NCBI GenBank assembly: GCA_035273425.1
Contig: DATEPB010000058.1
Coordinates: 44,590-108,589 of the forward strand
Direction of reading: 5' to 3'
DNA: 64,000 nucleotides
DNA from: Pyrinomonadaceae bacterium
Lineage (GTDB): Bacteria > Acidobacteriota > Blastocatellia > Pyrinomonadales > Pyrinomonadaceae
Below are positions 1 through 8,705 of this stretch, piece by piece. The notes beneath the pieces are model-generated. The model saw only the letters and a program-made list of their open reading frames with translations. It made no database searches and was not told the origin of the DNA. Each line of letters begins with the position of its first letter. Position 1 is the stretch's first letter. The position numbers were made by a program, and so were the translations under genes.

Positions 1-933
1 AAGTTTCTGATCACGAAGTCGACGTGCCTCGTCCATCAGCATCCAGAGGTTTTCAATGCCGTGACCTGTGTACACAAGTTGAGCGTACTCATTTTGCGGG
101 CGCGACAGGTCGTGATGGAGTAGCTCGTTGATGAGCTGGAACTCAGGGTTGTAGTGATGGTTCGTAATGGCATCAACCGCGCGGTGGGCCAGGCGCTCGA
201 GCTCAGCATCGGGCCGCATCTGCAGCATTTGAGTGAGAACTCGAATCAGGACCATCCACACACCCTGGATTCGCGCCCCTGGAAAACGAGGTGCGTTGGG
301 GCCGAGGTAGGTTTGCCCAATGGTGGGCCGGTAATCCTCACGGTCGTACAGACGGACACACTTCAGGACCAGGTCGCGCGCCGTATTCCAATGCGCTCGC
401 TCGTTGACCGCCTTTGAATACTCAGCCAGCCCTTCAGCAATAAACAGATCGCCATAGATTTCGCCGTCGGCTGAAGTGACCGGCTTACCTTCTCGCGTTA
501 GTTCTTTGGGCCATAACTCATCGCCGGCGGGGCGAATGCTCATTATGAATTCCAACGAGCGGCGGGCGACGTCCAGGTACTTTTTCTCTGGGGCAAGATT
601 GTTGTAGAGAAAGGAATAAACCCAGATGCCTCGACCCTCATACCAACTCGACTTGTTTTGATTAACTTGCTTGCCAAAGTGATCGGCGTTGCACATGAAA
701 CCGCCAAGCTCCCTGTCGATCACGTACTTTTCCATGAACGGAAGGAAGTCGATAAACAGATCGCTCCTATACTCGTCGCGAAGGTGGACCAGGGTCTTGT
801 TTGCTAGTTTTTCGGGTTGCCGGCTGCGCCAAATCTGTTGAGCGCGACTTCTTTGCGCAGCTCTGCTCGATGGCAGTTCAGCGATTGTCGCCGCCACTCC
901 CAGAGATGAGCCCAGAAATTTTCGCCGGTTCAT
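1..933 (-). CDS. AGE-family (N-acylglucosamine 2-epimerase-like) alpha/alpha-barrel protein with twin-arginine signal; C-terminus lies outside the window
   Basis: My hand translation of the minus strand from ATG 931-933 found no stop down to position 1. It is absent from the ORF track because it runs off the edge. Sequence: MNRRKFLGSSLGVAATIAELPSS... (RRKFL Tat motif), later YTGHGIENLWMLMDEA resembling the GHxIE..W motif of AGE/cellobiose-epimerase proteins. GAGG lies about 9 nt upstream. Confidence 0.6.
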   Translation of the reverse strand, partial: MNRRKFLGSSLGVAATIAELPSSRAAQRSRAQQIWRSRQPEKLANKTLVHLRDEYRSDLFIDFLPFMEKYVIDRELGGFMCNADHFGKQVNQNKSSWYEGRGIWVYSFLYNNLAPEKKYLDVARRSLEFIMSIRPAGDELWPKELTREGKPVTSADGEIYGDLFIAEGLAEYSKAVNERAHWNTARDLVLKCVRLYDREDYRPTIGQTYLGPNAPRFPGARIQGVWMVLIRVLTQMLQMRPDAELERLAHRAVDAITNHHYNPEFQLINELLHHDLSRPQNEYAQLVYTGHGIENLWMLMDEARRLRDQKL

Positions 934-1048
934 CGTCGACTACCTCAAGAAACAAAATTTCGAAGCCGGTTCAATCTCGGCCTTCGCTATGACCGTTGGA
1001 CCATTGAACCGTTCGCTATCGAGGGCGAATGAAAACTCAAAGGCGACA

Positions 1049-1276
1049 ATAACGCTGAAAGCGTTCGCGAATTCCAGCCCAGGGTTGCGCTTTGGCAACC
1101 CTGGGGAGATAGGCCTTTTTAGAAGGGGCAATCCCGATTTATCGGGATTGCATCGCCGTTCGCAAACCCCAAAGGAGCGCAACTCCTTCAGAGTTGCGAA
1201 GATTTCTTGGAGCGTCTTGCACCCAGGGTTTCAAAGCAAACCCTGGGCTGGAATTCGCGAACGCTTTCAGCGTTAT
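1049..1276. repeat. Nested palindromic intergenic repeat (CCAGGGTTGCGCTTTGGCAACCCTGG module family)
   Basis: Left arm ATAACGCTGAAAGCGTTCGCGAATTCCAGCCCAGGGTTGCGCTTTGGCAACCCTGG is mirrored at 1223-1276. Inner hairpins are GCAATCCCGATTTATCGGGATTGC and GCAACTCCTTCAGAGTTGC. The same modules occur at 7090-7310. Confidence 0.8.
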
Positions 1277-1284
1277 CTTCGCCC

Positions 1285-2511
1285 TTACCTTTCAGAAACC
1301 AGCTCGTGTGTGTTTTCCCGCACTTTCCGAAACGCCCGGAGCACATCGTCGATCCACTGTTCGTCAGCTAACAGCGCATTGTGTGGCAACCATATCGACG
1401 TATTGCAATAGGCTTCGGCTTCAGGGCAATCGTGAACGAGGTGAGAAAACTTTCTGAAAAGCTCGTTGCGATAGATCGGTTGCGGATAACCCGCCGTTAC
1501 CGGCACACCCTCGGCCTGCAAAGCTTCGATCACCCGCGACCGCGGCACTCCGTCAAACGCCTTCTCGTCAAACTTCATCGAGAATATGTGGAAGGCGTGA
1601 GCGGTGACGCGTTCATCAATCATCTCCGGGGTGGGCTTAAGACCTGGAATCGTCAGTAAGCCTTCTCGCAGACGTTTGGCGCGTTCCATTCGTGTCGCGA
1701 CTTGTTGCGGTAATCGTTGAAGTTGGTTGCGTAGGATGGTGGCTTGAAAACCGGTAAGACGCGCGTTGGTTCCTAAGTTCGCATGCTCGTACCACTCGCC
1801 GCCTGTGCGTCGACCCTGATTGCTGATCGAACGAGCGCGTTCCGCCAACTCTGCATCGTTGGTAACCAACATGCCGCCTTCACCTGCAGTCATGTTTTTG
1901 GAAGCCTGAAAACTGAAAGAGCCGAAACCACCGAAACTTCCCACCCGCCGTTCATGCCATTCGGCGCCGTGAGCGTGGGCGCAGTCTTCAATCAAGACCA
2001 ACCCATGCTGGTCGCATAAGTCTGTCAGTAGATCCAGATCAACCGGATGCCCGGCGAAGTGCACAGCTACGATTGCGCGCGTCCGCTCATTGATGTGCTC
2101 GGCAACTCGCTCGGGGTTCAGATTGATTGTCTGTGGATCGATGTCGACGAATACGGGCACCGCTCCGACTCGCAACACGGATGAAGCGGAAGCGACGAAA
2201 GTGATCGGCGGAACTATTACCTCGTCTCCAGGTTTGATGCCTGCGGCGCTCAAGGCAATCTCTAATGAGACAGTGCCATTGGTCAGAGCGAGGCCATGGG
2301 CGGCTCCATGATATGCGGCAAACTCACGCTCCAGTGCTGCGACCGATTCGTGATAGCCGCCCCAAATCCTGCTCTCCATTACGTCGTTCAGGGCCTGGCG
2401 ATCTGTGTCATCAAAGAAGGGCCAATCGGGCGGTTGTCTGCTAACGGCAGGAATGCCGCCGTGCAACGCCAAAGGGCCACTTACTCTTTCTCGTGGAATA
2501 TTTTTCGCCAT
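1285..2511 (-). CDS. DegT/DnrJ/EryC1/StrS-family PLP-dependent sugar aminotransferase
   Basis: ORF 1285..2559. SFSFQASKNMTAGEGG matches the PLP-lysine block of this family. The start was moved to the internal ATG (MAKNIPRE...) at 2511; the start is uncertain. Confidence 0.85.
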   Translation of the reverse strand: MAKNIPRERVSGPLALHGGIPAVSRQPPDWPFFDDTDRQALNDVMESRIWGGYHESVAALEREFAAYHGAAHGLALTNGTVSLEIALSAAGIKPGDEVIVPPITFVASASSVLRVGAVPVFVDIDPQTINLNPERVAEHINERTRAIVAVHFAGHPVDLDLLTDLCDQHGLVLIEDCAHAHGAEWHERRVGSFGGFGSFSFQASKNMTAGEGGMLVTNDAELAERARSISNQGRRTGGEWYEHANLGTNARLTGFQATILRNQLQRLPQQVATRMERAKRLREGLLTIPGLKPTPEMIDERVTAHAFHIFSMKFDEKAFDGVPRSRVIEALQAEGVPVTAGYPQPIYRNELFRKFSHLVHDCPEAEAYCNTSIWLPHNALLADEQWIDDVLRAFRKVRENTHELVSER

Positions 2512-2607
2512 ATTATTTCTATTAAGCTCGGGCTGTGCACCAAGGCCGGTACAGAACACCGACGTGTCGGTAGCGCTGTACCTGAGTCACTGCGGTAAAA
2601 AAGAAAT

Positions 2608-2674
2608 GATCCGCGAAATCACACGAAACATCACTAACAGAGTTTTCGTGATGATTCGTGTGGTTTCGTGGATC
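2608..2674. repeat. CACGAAA-type hairpin repeat
   Basis: GATCCGCGAAATCACACGAAACATCAC (2608-2634) pairs with GTGATGATTCGTGTGGTTTCGTGGATC (2648-2674). The 15-nt string TTTCGTGGATCGTTC recurs at 51712-51726. Confidence 0.7.
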
Positions 2675-2780
2675 GTTCGTTTGCAGCAAACATTTAATGA
2701 ATTCCAAGTAAGTCAAATACGTTGATACCGCCCAGCTTCTGTAGTGATGGTTAAAGTAGTCAGCCACTATTGGCAAAGCC

Positions 2781-4004
2781 TCAAGAGTATTTCTTCAACA
2801 GACTCAGCGCCGAAGCCGCAAGGACCATTGCCCCGATTGGCAACGCACCTTCATCCAGATCGAAGGTGGCACTGTGCCAGATGGGATTCGGCACGCGTTT
2901 GCTGGTTACTCCTAACCAGAACATTGACCCAGGCACGCGCGCGGTCATGTAGCCAAAATCCTCCGCCCAAGGGTCAAACGGCATGTCGATCACTTGTGCT
3001 GGTCCCAACAACTCCGTCGCCGCTGCACGAATTGTCTCGGTAACTCCGTCGTCATTTATCGTCGCGGCGTAACCTTCAATTACGGTTAATTCACAAGTAG
3101 CTCCAAGTGCACGTCCAACATTCATTGCGCGTTCGAGCTCATCAATGATGTGCAACCGCGCCACACCACCGGTTGAGCGAATGGTGCCACCAAGCTCGAC
3201 TCGTTCCGCAATCACATTCTCTTTCACTCCACCATGAATGGTCGTGATGCTGACAACCCCCGGTGAGATAGCCGGCATTCGGCGAGAGACGATTAATTGA
3301 ATTGCGCCAATCACCTGGGCTGCGATCGCGATTGCGTCAACACCTTCCTCTGGGTGCGCACCGTGCGCTGCCCGTCCCTGAATGGTGATCCTGATCGTGT
3401 CATTCGCTGCGAGCGCCGGCCCGCTTGTTACTCCAATACTGCCAACTGGCAGTGGCTTCGTATGCAGCGCTATCACAGCGTCAACGCTGTCGAGTGCGCC
3501 CTCATCGATCATGCGAACTGCACCGCTGTGTCCGTCTTCGTCTCTTTGCTCTTCGGAAGGTTGAAACAGGAATCGAACTGTGCCCGCGAACCCACTTGTT
3601 ACGCTCTCTTCGCTTAAAAGCATCGCAGCGCCGAGCGCACAGGCGACATGTGCATCATGACCGCACGCATGCATCATGTTTGGAACTTGTGAAGCGAACG
3701 AAAGCCCGGTAGCTTCCGCGAACGGCAACGCATCCATGTCAGCCCTGATCGCAACGATCGGCGCACCATTTCCGAGTTCAGCCACGACGCCGGTTTTTGC
3801 CACACCTGTGCGGACGCGTGCGCCAAGATTCGACATCGTTTCCGCAATCAAACGGGCCGTCTCATGCTCCTGAAAGCCATACTCAGGGTGCGCATGGATC
3901 GTCCTCCGAATTGCGACCAAGTCGTCGCGCAATTCTTCGGCACGAATCTTCATGCCGGTTTCATTTGGTTGACTAAGTGATTTTATCTGACTCATTGGTT
4001 CCAT
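2781..4004 (-). CDS. M20D-family amidohydrolase (aminoacylase / hippurate hydrolase-like)
   Basis: 407-aa ORF with the HACGHDAH metal-binding motif and the overall M20D layout. Confidence 0.85.
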   Translation of the reverse strand: MEPMSQIKSLSQPNETGMKIRAEELRDDLVAIRRTIHAHPEYGFQEHETARLIAETMSNLGARVRTGVAKTGVVAELGNGAPIVAIRADMDALPFAEATGLSFASQVPNMMHACGHDAHVACALGAAMLLSEESVTSGFAGTVRFLFQPSEEQRDEDGHSGAVRMIDEGALDSVDAVIALHTKPLPVGSIGVTSGPALAANDTIRITIQGRAAHGAHPEEGVDAIAIAAQVIGAIQLIVSRRMPAISPGVVSITTIHGGVKENVIAERVELGGTIRSTGGVARLHIIDELERAMNVGRALGATCELTVIEGYAATINDDGVTETIRAAATELLGPAQVIDMPFDPWAEDFGYMTARVPGSMFWLGVTSKRVPNPIWHSATFDLDEGALPIGAMVLAASALSLLKKYS

Positions 4005-4020
4005 CTGCTAATACAACTTG

Positions 4021-4758
4021 TCACTGCATTAGGTCGAAGCATTCAAGACTTGTGGCCACTTCAACCAACGCTCGCACGCGGTCAGACTGCACTACACCTG
4101 TCGCCGTCGCTAGCTCACGAGCGGCCCGACCAACGTGAAACTCACGGATGTCAGTAGCCTCACACAGCATTCGAATTGACTGTTGGTCTATGCCACCACC
4201 AGCGAGGATTTTTATCTCCGGCCCTGCCGCTTCCTGGTATTGCGCGAGCCGTTCAATTTTTTCCGGCCACTCCCCTGCGCCTCCACTCGCCAGAATGCGG
4301 TCGACTTGATTTAACCGCTTCAGCACCTTGATGGCTTCAAGTCGATCTTCGGCTTCTTCAAAAGCGTGATGAAACGTGGCCCTCAGGTTCGGCGCGCAGG
4401 ACAGAACCAATTCGGTCAGCGACACGTCAATCTCACCGTTGTTTAAAAATCCCAACACGATTCCATCAACATTCAGACCCGCCAACTGTCGCGCGGCGGC
4501 GCAGAGTTTTTCTTTCTCTGCGCTGCTATCGATTTCGTAATCTTCGCCCTCTCGGACCATCACACGCACTGAAATTGTGACTGCGTCGAGAATTTCAGCA
4601 ACCAACTCGATCGGCGGAGTCAAACCACCACGCTGAAAATCGCGTATCACTTCTAACCTGCCCGCGCCTCCTCGTTGCGCCTCAATCGCATCGGCGACTG
4701 AGCAAGCGATTACTTCAAGCAATGGCGGCTGCTGGATCGTCGATTCAACTCTTTGCAT
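4021..4758 (-). CDS. cutC: CutC-family TIM-barrel protein
   Basis: LEVIACSVADAIEAQRGGAGRLEV... is typical of the CutC N-terminus. The start was set at the internal ATG (MQRVES...), because the ORF-track start at 4896 would overlap the upstream gene by 150 nt. Confidence 0.7.
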   Translation of the reverse strand: MQRVESTIQQPPLLEVIACSVADAIEAQRGGAGRLEVIRDFQRGGLTPPIELVAEILDAVTISVRVMVREGEDYEIDSSAEKEKLCAAARQLAGLNVDGIVLGFLNNGEIDVSLTELVLSCAPNLRATFHHAFEEAEDRLEAIKVLKRLNQVDRILASGGAGEWPEKIERLAQYQEAAGPEIKILAGGGIDQQSIRMLCEATDIREFHVGRAARELATATGVVQSDRVRALVEVATSLECFDLMQ

Positions 4759-5521
4759 GATTTGCTTCGTCCACCTTGTCCAGATCCAGGTACCTGATGC
4801 GCTTTGTGTACGGCGCCAGAATGTCTCGCAGCTCTTTTTCACCGACGCCTTCGACATTGGCGCTGGGCAACACGGGCACGTCCTTACCTCGCTCAATTAG
4901 ACCCGCCACAGCCTCGATAATTATTGAATTAATGATGGCGGCGCCGGCAACGGTAGAGGCTGGGCCGATCTTCGATTTAGTTCGCGGCAGTGAGAGCAAT
5001 GCATCGCCCGCAGGAACGCAGTTATCAATCGCTACATCTGCCAGTTCATAGAGTCGCTTACCGGAAACATGAAGTGCCGAAGATGAACGCGATTGCTCAA
5101 GATTCGTAATGGCAATTACCTTGATCCCTCGCGCTTTCATCTCCAATGCCATCTCAACCGGAACCACATTACGACCGGAATTCGAAATGATGATGGCGGC
5201 GTCCTCAGGTTGGACATCCTCGAGCGCGAGTAGCGCACCGGCTAGTCCGTGTTCACGTTCGGCGCGCGTGCTTTCCAAAGCACCCTTAAGAAAAATTAGC
5301 CGTTCGTCGAGAATTGGATTAATAGCCGCGATGCCGCCGGCACGATAGAACGCCTCGTCGGCGATCAGATGTGCATGGCCGGTTCCGAATGTATGGACCA
5401 CGCCGCCTGCCTCGAGTGCGGCACCTACAAGTTGGCCGGCCTCTTTTATTTTGCCGGACTGCTCCCGCCGGATTCTTTCCAAAACCGATTGCAAGCCATC
5501 AATGTAACCTTCAAATGTCAT
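4745..5521 (-). CDS. SIS (sugar isomerase) domain protein
   Basis: 258-aa ORF with HTFGTGHAH and IISNSGRN blocks typical of single-SIS proteins. It overlaps the cutC start by 14 nt. Confidence 0.7.
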   Translation of the reverse strand: MTFEGYIDGLQSVLERIRREQSGKIKEAGQLVGAALEAGGVVHTFGTGHAHLIADEAFYRAGGIAAINPILDERLIFLKGALESTRAEREHGLAGALLALEDVQPEDAAIIISNSGRNVVPVEMALEMKARGIKVIAITNLEQSRSSSALHVSGKRLYELADVAIDNCVPAGDALLSLPRTKSKIGPASTVAGAAIINSIIIEAVAGLIERGKDVPVLPSANVEGVGEKELRDILAPYTKRIRYLDLDKVDEANHAKS

Positions 5522-5611
5522 GTGTAGTGTCTGCGTGTCTAGTTCGTTAGTCTGGTCATTTCATGAACTTCACTTTGAAGTGTATAGCGTCAACAGTTGA
5601 ATGCGTCTCCA

Positions 5612-5855
5612 GCGCCAAAGGCGCGAAATGTAATAGCCAGGGGCAAGTGTTGAGCGAAGCGAAACACCACGCCCCTGGTAATCGAGTCAGGAAGAATGGG
5701 AAGAAGTGCTGAAGGCGCGAAATGGACTTTCATTTGAACTTTTGTTTACCGCTCCTTCAGAGCTCGGCGAAATCTGCGGTTACTTCCTCCAGGGGCGACG
5801 TGCCTCGCTCCGCACGGCACATGCCCCTGGCTATTACATCTCGCGCCTTTGGCGC
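5612..5855. repeat. Nested palindromic intergenic repeat (AAGGCGCGAAATG / CCAGGGGC modules)
   Basis: The 34-nt arm GCGCCAAAGGCGCGAAATGTAATAGCCAGGGGCA (5612-5645) is mirrored at 5822-5855 with one mismatch. Each arm carries its own CCAGGGGC...GCCCCTGG hairpin. Confidence 0.7.
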
Positions 5856-5914
5856 TTCCATCCCTGTTGCAATTCCGCCTCACATCAGGCGGCGAAGCCA
5901 GTCCACGTATGCTC

Positions 5915-6898
5915 TTACCTATAAGGCACGGCCATCTTTCCTTGTTCAAGAGTCCCTAGCGCGCGTTGATCTAGATTCCAACCTATAGATTCGAACGCAA
6001 TCAATACTGCGCCAACGACTGGCTCAAATTTTGGTGGTGCGATTACTACGCCTGAAAGAGTCTGTTGCAGAACTTCCTTGAAACGATCGCGCACCAGCCC
6101 ACAGGCTTCAAAGACCGAGCCTTGATAGGAAACTAACAACTCACTTTCCAATAGATTGAGACTTCGGGCGGCGGCTGTTACTGCCTCCGCCAAATCCTCA
6201 CCGGCTTGAATAAAGATTTCACGCGCTGCCTCATCTCCTGCCTCTGCGACTCCATAAGTCACGCGGCTGAGGGCCGCTATTTCTCGTGGCTCCATTCTCT
6301 CTACGTAGACGCGCTCAAGCGTCGCCCTGAAATCGGAGAGGTCCAGTGTGTCCTGCAGCGCACTAACCAGCATGGTGCGAGGGCCACGTCCATCGTAAGC
6401 CCTCGCAGCTACTCGCAGCGCGGTCTGTCCGATTCGATAGGCACTGCCTTCATCGCCGTACACCGGCCCCCAGCCGCCCACTTTGACGCGTTCGCCTCCT
6501 GGTCCAATGCCAAGAATGCAAGACCCGGTGCCAGCCAGGGCTAGAATCCCGGAACGACCAGCCAGCGCCCCCGCATGTGCGATCACCATATCGCCCGTGA
6601 TTAGCGAACGAGCAAAACCGATCTTGCGAAACGCCTCTTCCATTTCACCTGCACCGGTCCCGTCGTAATCAACACCAGCCATGCCGGCCGAAACGCAGAC
6701 TACCTGCTCCGGCAGCAGGTCGCTCTGGGCCATCGCTTTGCTGGTGGCATCCGCAAGAGAATTGAGCACGACATCGGGAGACACTAAGAGGTGATTCGAT
6801 GGGCCACTCTCGCCGGAACCCAAAATCTCTCCTTCATGGTTAACCGCCAGACACCTTGTCCGGCTGCCGCCACCATCAATAGCTAAAATGATTTCCAT
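5915..6898 (-). CDS. BadF/BadG/BcrA/BcrD-type ATPase (N-acetylglucosamine kinase-like)
   Basis: LAIDGGGSRTRC N-terminal phosphate-1 motif and GTGSC block; 327 aa. Confidence 0.75.
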   Translation of the reverse strand: MEIILAIDGGGSRTRCLAVNHEGEILGSGESGPSNHLLVSPDVVLNSLADATSKAMAQSDLLPEQVVCVSAGMAGVDYDGTGAGEMEEAFRKIGFARSLITGDMVIAHAGALAGRSGILALAGTGSCILGIGPGGERVKVGGWGPVYGDEGSAYRIGQTALRVAARAYDGRGPRTMLVSALQDTLDLSDFRATLERVYVERMEPREIAALSRVTYGVAEAGDEAAREIFIQAGEDLAEAVTAAARSLNLLESELLVSYQGSVFEACGLVRDRFKEVLQQTLSGVVIAPPKFEPVVGAVLIAFESIGWNLDQRALGTLEQGKMAVPYR

Positions 6899-6958
6899 AT
6901 GAATTGAACAACTGACTTTTTACTGCGTGAACCAAATGAAGCTTCGTGTTCCTTCGTT

Positions 6959-7401
6959 CTCATTAACACCGCGGCTTTAGCCCGGTGGTTAAGGCTGCTA
7001 CAAGTTTTTCTTAACCGTTTTAACGGTTTACAGTCGACGCCGGGAACCGTTGAAACGGCACTAACATACTTGACGCATCAACACTAACACCGAAGGTATT
7101 CGCGAATTTCAGCCCAGGGTTGCGCTTTGGCAACCCTGGGAGATTAGATGTCGATCATTTGGTAGCAACTCTGAAGGAGTTGCAATAATTCTTGTTTGGT
7201 TAGCGCGTCTCGGCAACTCCTTCAGAGTTGCAAAATAGAAACATCTGGTCTCTTGTTCCCAGGGTTGCCAAAGCGCAACCCTGGGCTGAAATTCGCGAAC
7301 ACCTTCGGTGTTGATGAGTCAAGTATGTCAATACCGTTAAAACGGTTAAGGAATGCAAGCTGCACCTTGTTTCACCGGGCTAAAGCCGCGGTGTGAATGA
7401 G
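6959..7401. repeat. 443-bp modular nested palindrome
   Basis: Outer arms are CTCATTAACACCGCGGCTTTAGCCCGGTG (6959-6987) and CACCGGGCTAAAGCCGCGGTGTGAATGAG (7373-7401). Successive inner module pairs are AACCGTTTTAACGGTT, CATACTTGACGCATCAACAC, CGCGAATTTCAGCCCAGGGTTGCGCTTTGGCAACCCTGG and GCAACTCTGAAGGAGTTGC. Confidence 0.85.
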
Positions 7402-7430
7402 ATCGCTCCGCGTGGCTCTTACCCAAGGTC

Positions 7431-8543
7431 TTAACTTCCCTGACCAAGCGCCTGCACTAATCTCTCGATATCATCGTCGTTGTTAAAGAACTGTGTTGCT
7501 ACTCGAATCCCCTGTGGCTTCTCAGTGACAATTATTTTCTGCTTCGAGAGCTTCGCTACGACACTTCCAGGCTCTTCAACCGAAACCAGCGTCTCCCCCG
7601 ATCGCATAGTGTCGTCATCTAAAGGTGAGATGATGGTCCACCCGGCTGCGCTTAATTTGTTGGTCAGGCTTCGATTCAATTGAAGCACACGTTCCTCAAT
7701 CGATTTCATTCCGAGCTCCATCATCAAATCGATCGAAGCACCGAGGGCGAACATTCCCGCAAAGTGTGGGCAGCCAAGTTCAGTACGGGCTGCAGCGTCG
7801 TGACGCAAATGCAATTCGTTGTTCTTCATCGCATAGGGATCATTAACGCTCAGCCACCCGATGGCACGCGGTCGGGATCGCTCTTGTAGTTCCCGGCTGA
7901 GATAAACAAAGCCGGATCCGTAGCCTGAAAGCATCCATTTGTGCCCAGTTGAGCAAAGCGCGTCTATTTTCATTCGCTTGACGTCAATCTCGAAGGCGCC
8001 GGCTGACTGACTGGCGTTTACTACCAAAGCGTGATTTTGTTTGGCGTTTCCTAACGCTTCGAGATCGGTGCGTAGACCATTCGAGAATTGAACATGACTA
8101 ATGGAGACGATCCCGGTTTGAGGAGACATCGCTTGGCACAAATCATCGATCTCTACGCGGCCATTCACTGATGCAACCAGGTGCACAGGAATTCGCCGGT
8201 TCATCCAGGGCAAGGTAGAAACGGGAAACTCAAGATCGCAAGAGATCACCTCGACGTCAGCCTCCAGAGCATCGACAATAACGCTCATGCCGGAAGAAGT
8301 ATTGGTGGTTAAGGCAATCTCATCCGGCTCCGCGTTTATCAGCCCGGCAACCTTGCTGCGCACTTCCTCTCGCTGCGCTAACCACTCGTCCCAGTGAGCA
8401 TCTCCCTCCGCGGTCATCAAGTCGTAGTAACTTGCGGCCGCCGCCCTCGTTGCCCTCGACAATGGACCAGCCGCGGCAGTGTTTAGGTAGGTGTAGTTCT
8501 CCGTTACTGGAAACTGTTCGCGGATGTCATCCCAATTGATCAT
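7431..8543 (-). CDS. Class-V aminotransferase-fold PLP enzyme (cysteine desulfurase / epimerase-like)
   Basis: Contains YLNTAAAGP and STGHKWMLSGYGSGF (PLP lysine). The start was set at ATG 8543 (MINWDDIREQF...), because the 40-aa N-terminal extension in the track lies inside a palindromic repeat. Confidence 0.75.
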   Translation of the reverse strand: MINWDDIREQFPVTENYTYLNTAAAGPLSRATRAAAASYYDLMTAEGDAHWDEWLAQREEVRSKVAGLINAEPDEIALTTNTSSGMSVIVDALEADVEVISCDLEFPVSTLPWMNRRIPVHLVASVNGRVEIDDLCQAMSPQTGIVSISHVQFSNGLRTDLEALGNAKQNHALVVNASQSAGAFEIDVKRMKIDALCSTGHKWMLSGYGSGFVYLSRELQERSRPRAIGWLSVNDPYAMKNNELHLRHDAAARTELGCPHFAGMFALGASIDLMMELGMKSIEERVLQLNRSLTNKLSAAGWTIISPLDDDTMRSGETLVSVEEPGSVVAKLSKQKIIVTEKPQGIRVATQFFNNDDDIERLVQALGQGS

Positions 8544-8562
8544 ATGTGTCGATGACAGACTT

Positions 8563-8694
8563 CTCCTTGGAGTGCGCCGCCTTGTCGGCGCTTTGGCCAC
8601 GGCGGCTCGGCGCCGCTTCTTGACTAATGCGTACCAGGTCGCGGAAACGCCGCGACCTAACAAAGCGCCGACAAGGCGGCGAACCCCAAGGAGG
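8563..8694. repeat. Palindromic repeat, CTCCTTGGAGTGCGCCGCCTTGTCGGCGCTTTGG family
   Basis: The arm at 8563-8595 is mirrored at 8661-8694. The same arms occur at 36677-36828 and 55194-55325. Confidence 0.8.
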
Positions 8695-8705
8695 GGCTTA
8701 CCTCT

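Noticed and set aside
989-1457. ORFs 940..1182, 989..1411 and 1194..1457
   Set aside because: They lie within or across the palindromic repeat 1049-1276. Their peptide content (PGLEFANAFSV in both orientations) simply reflects the inverted arms.
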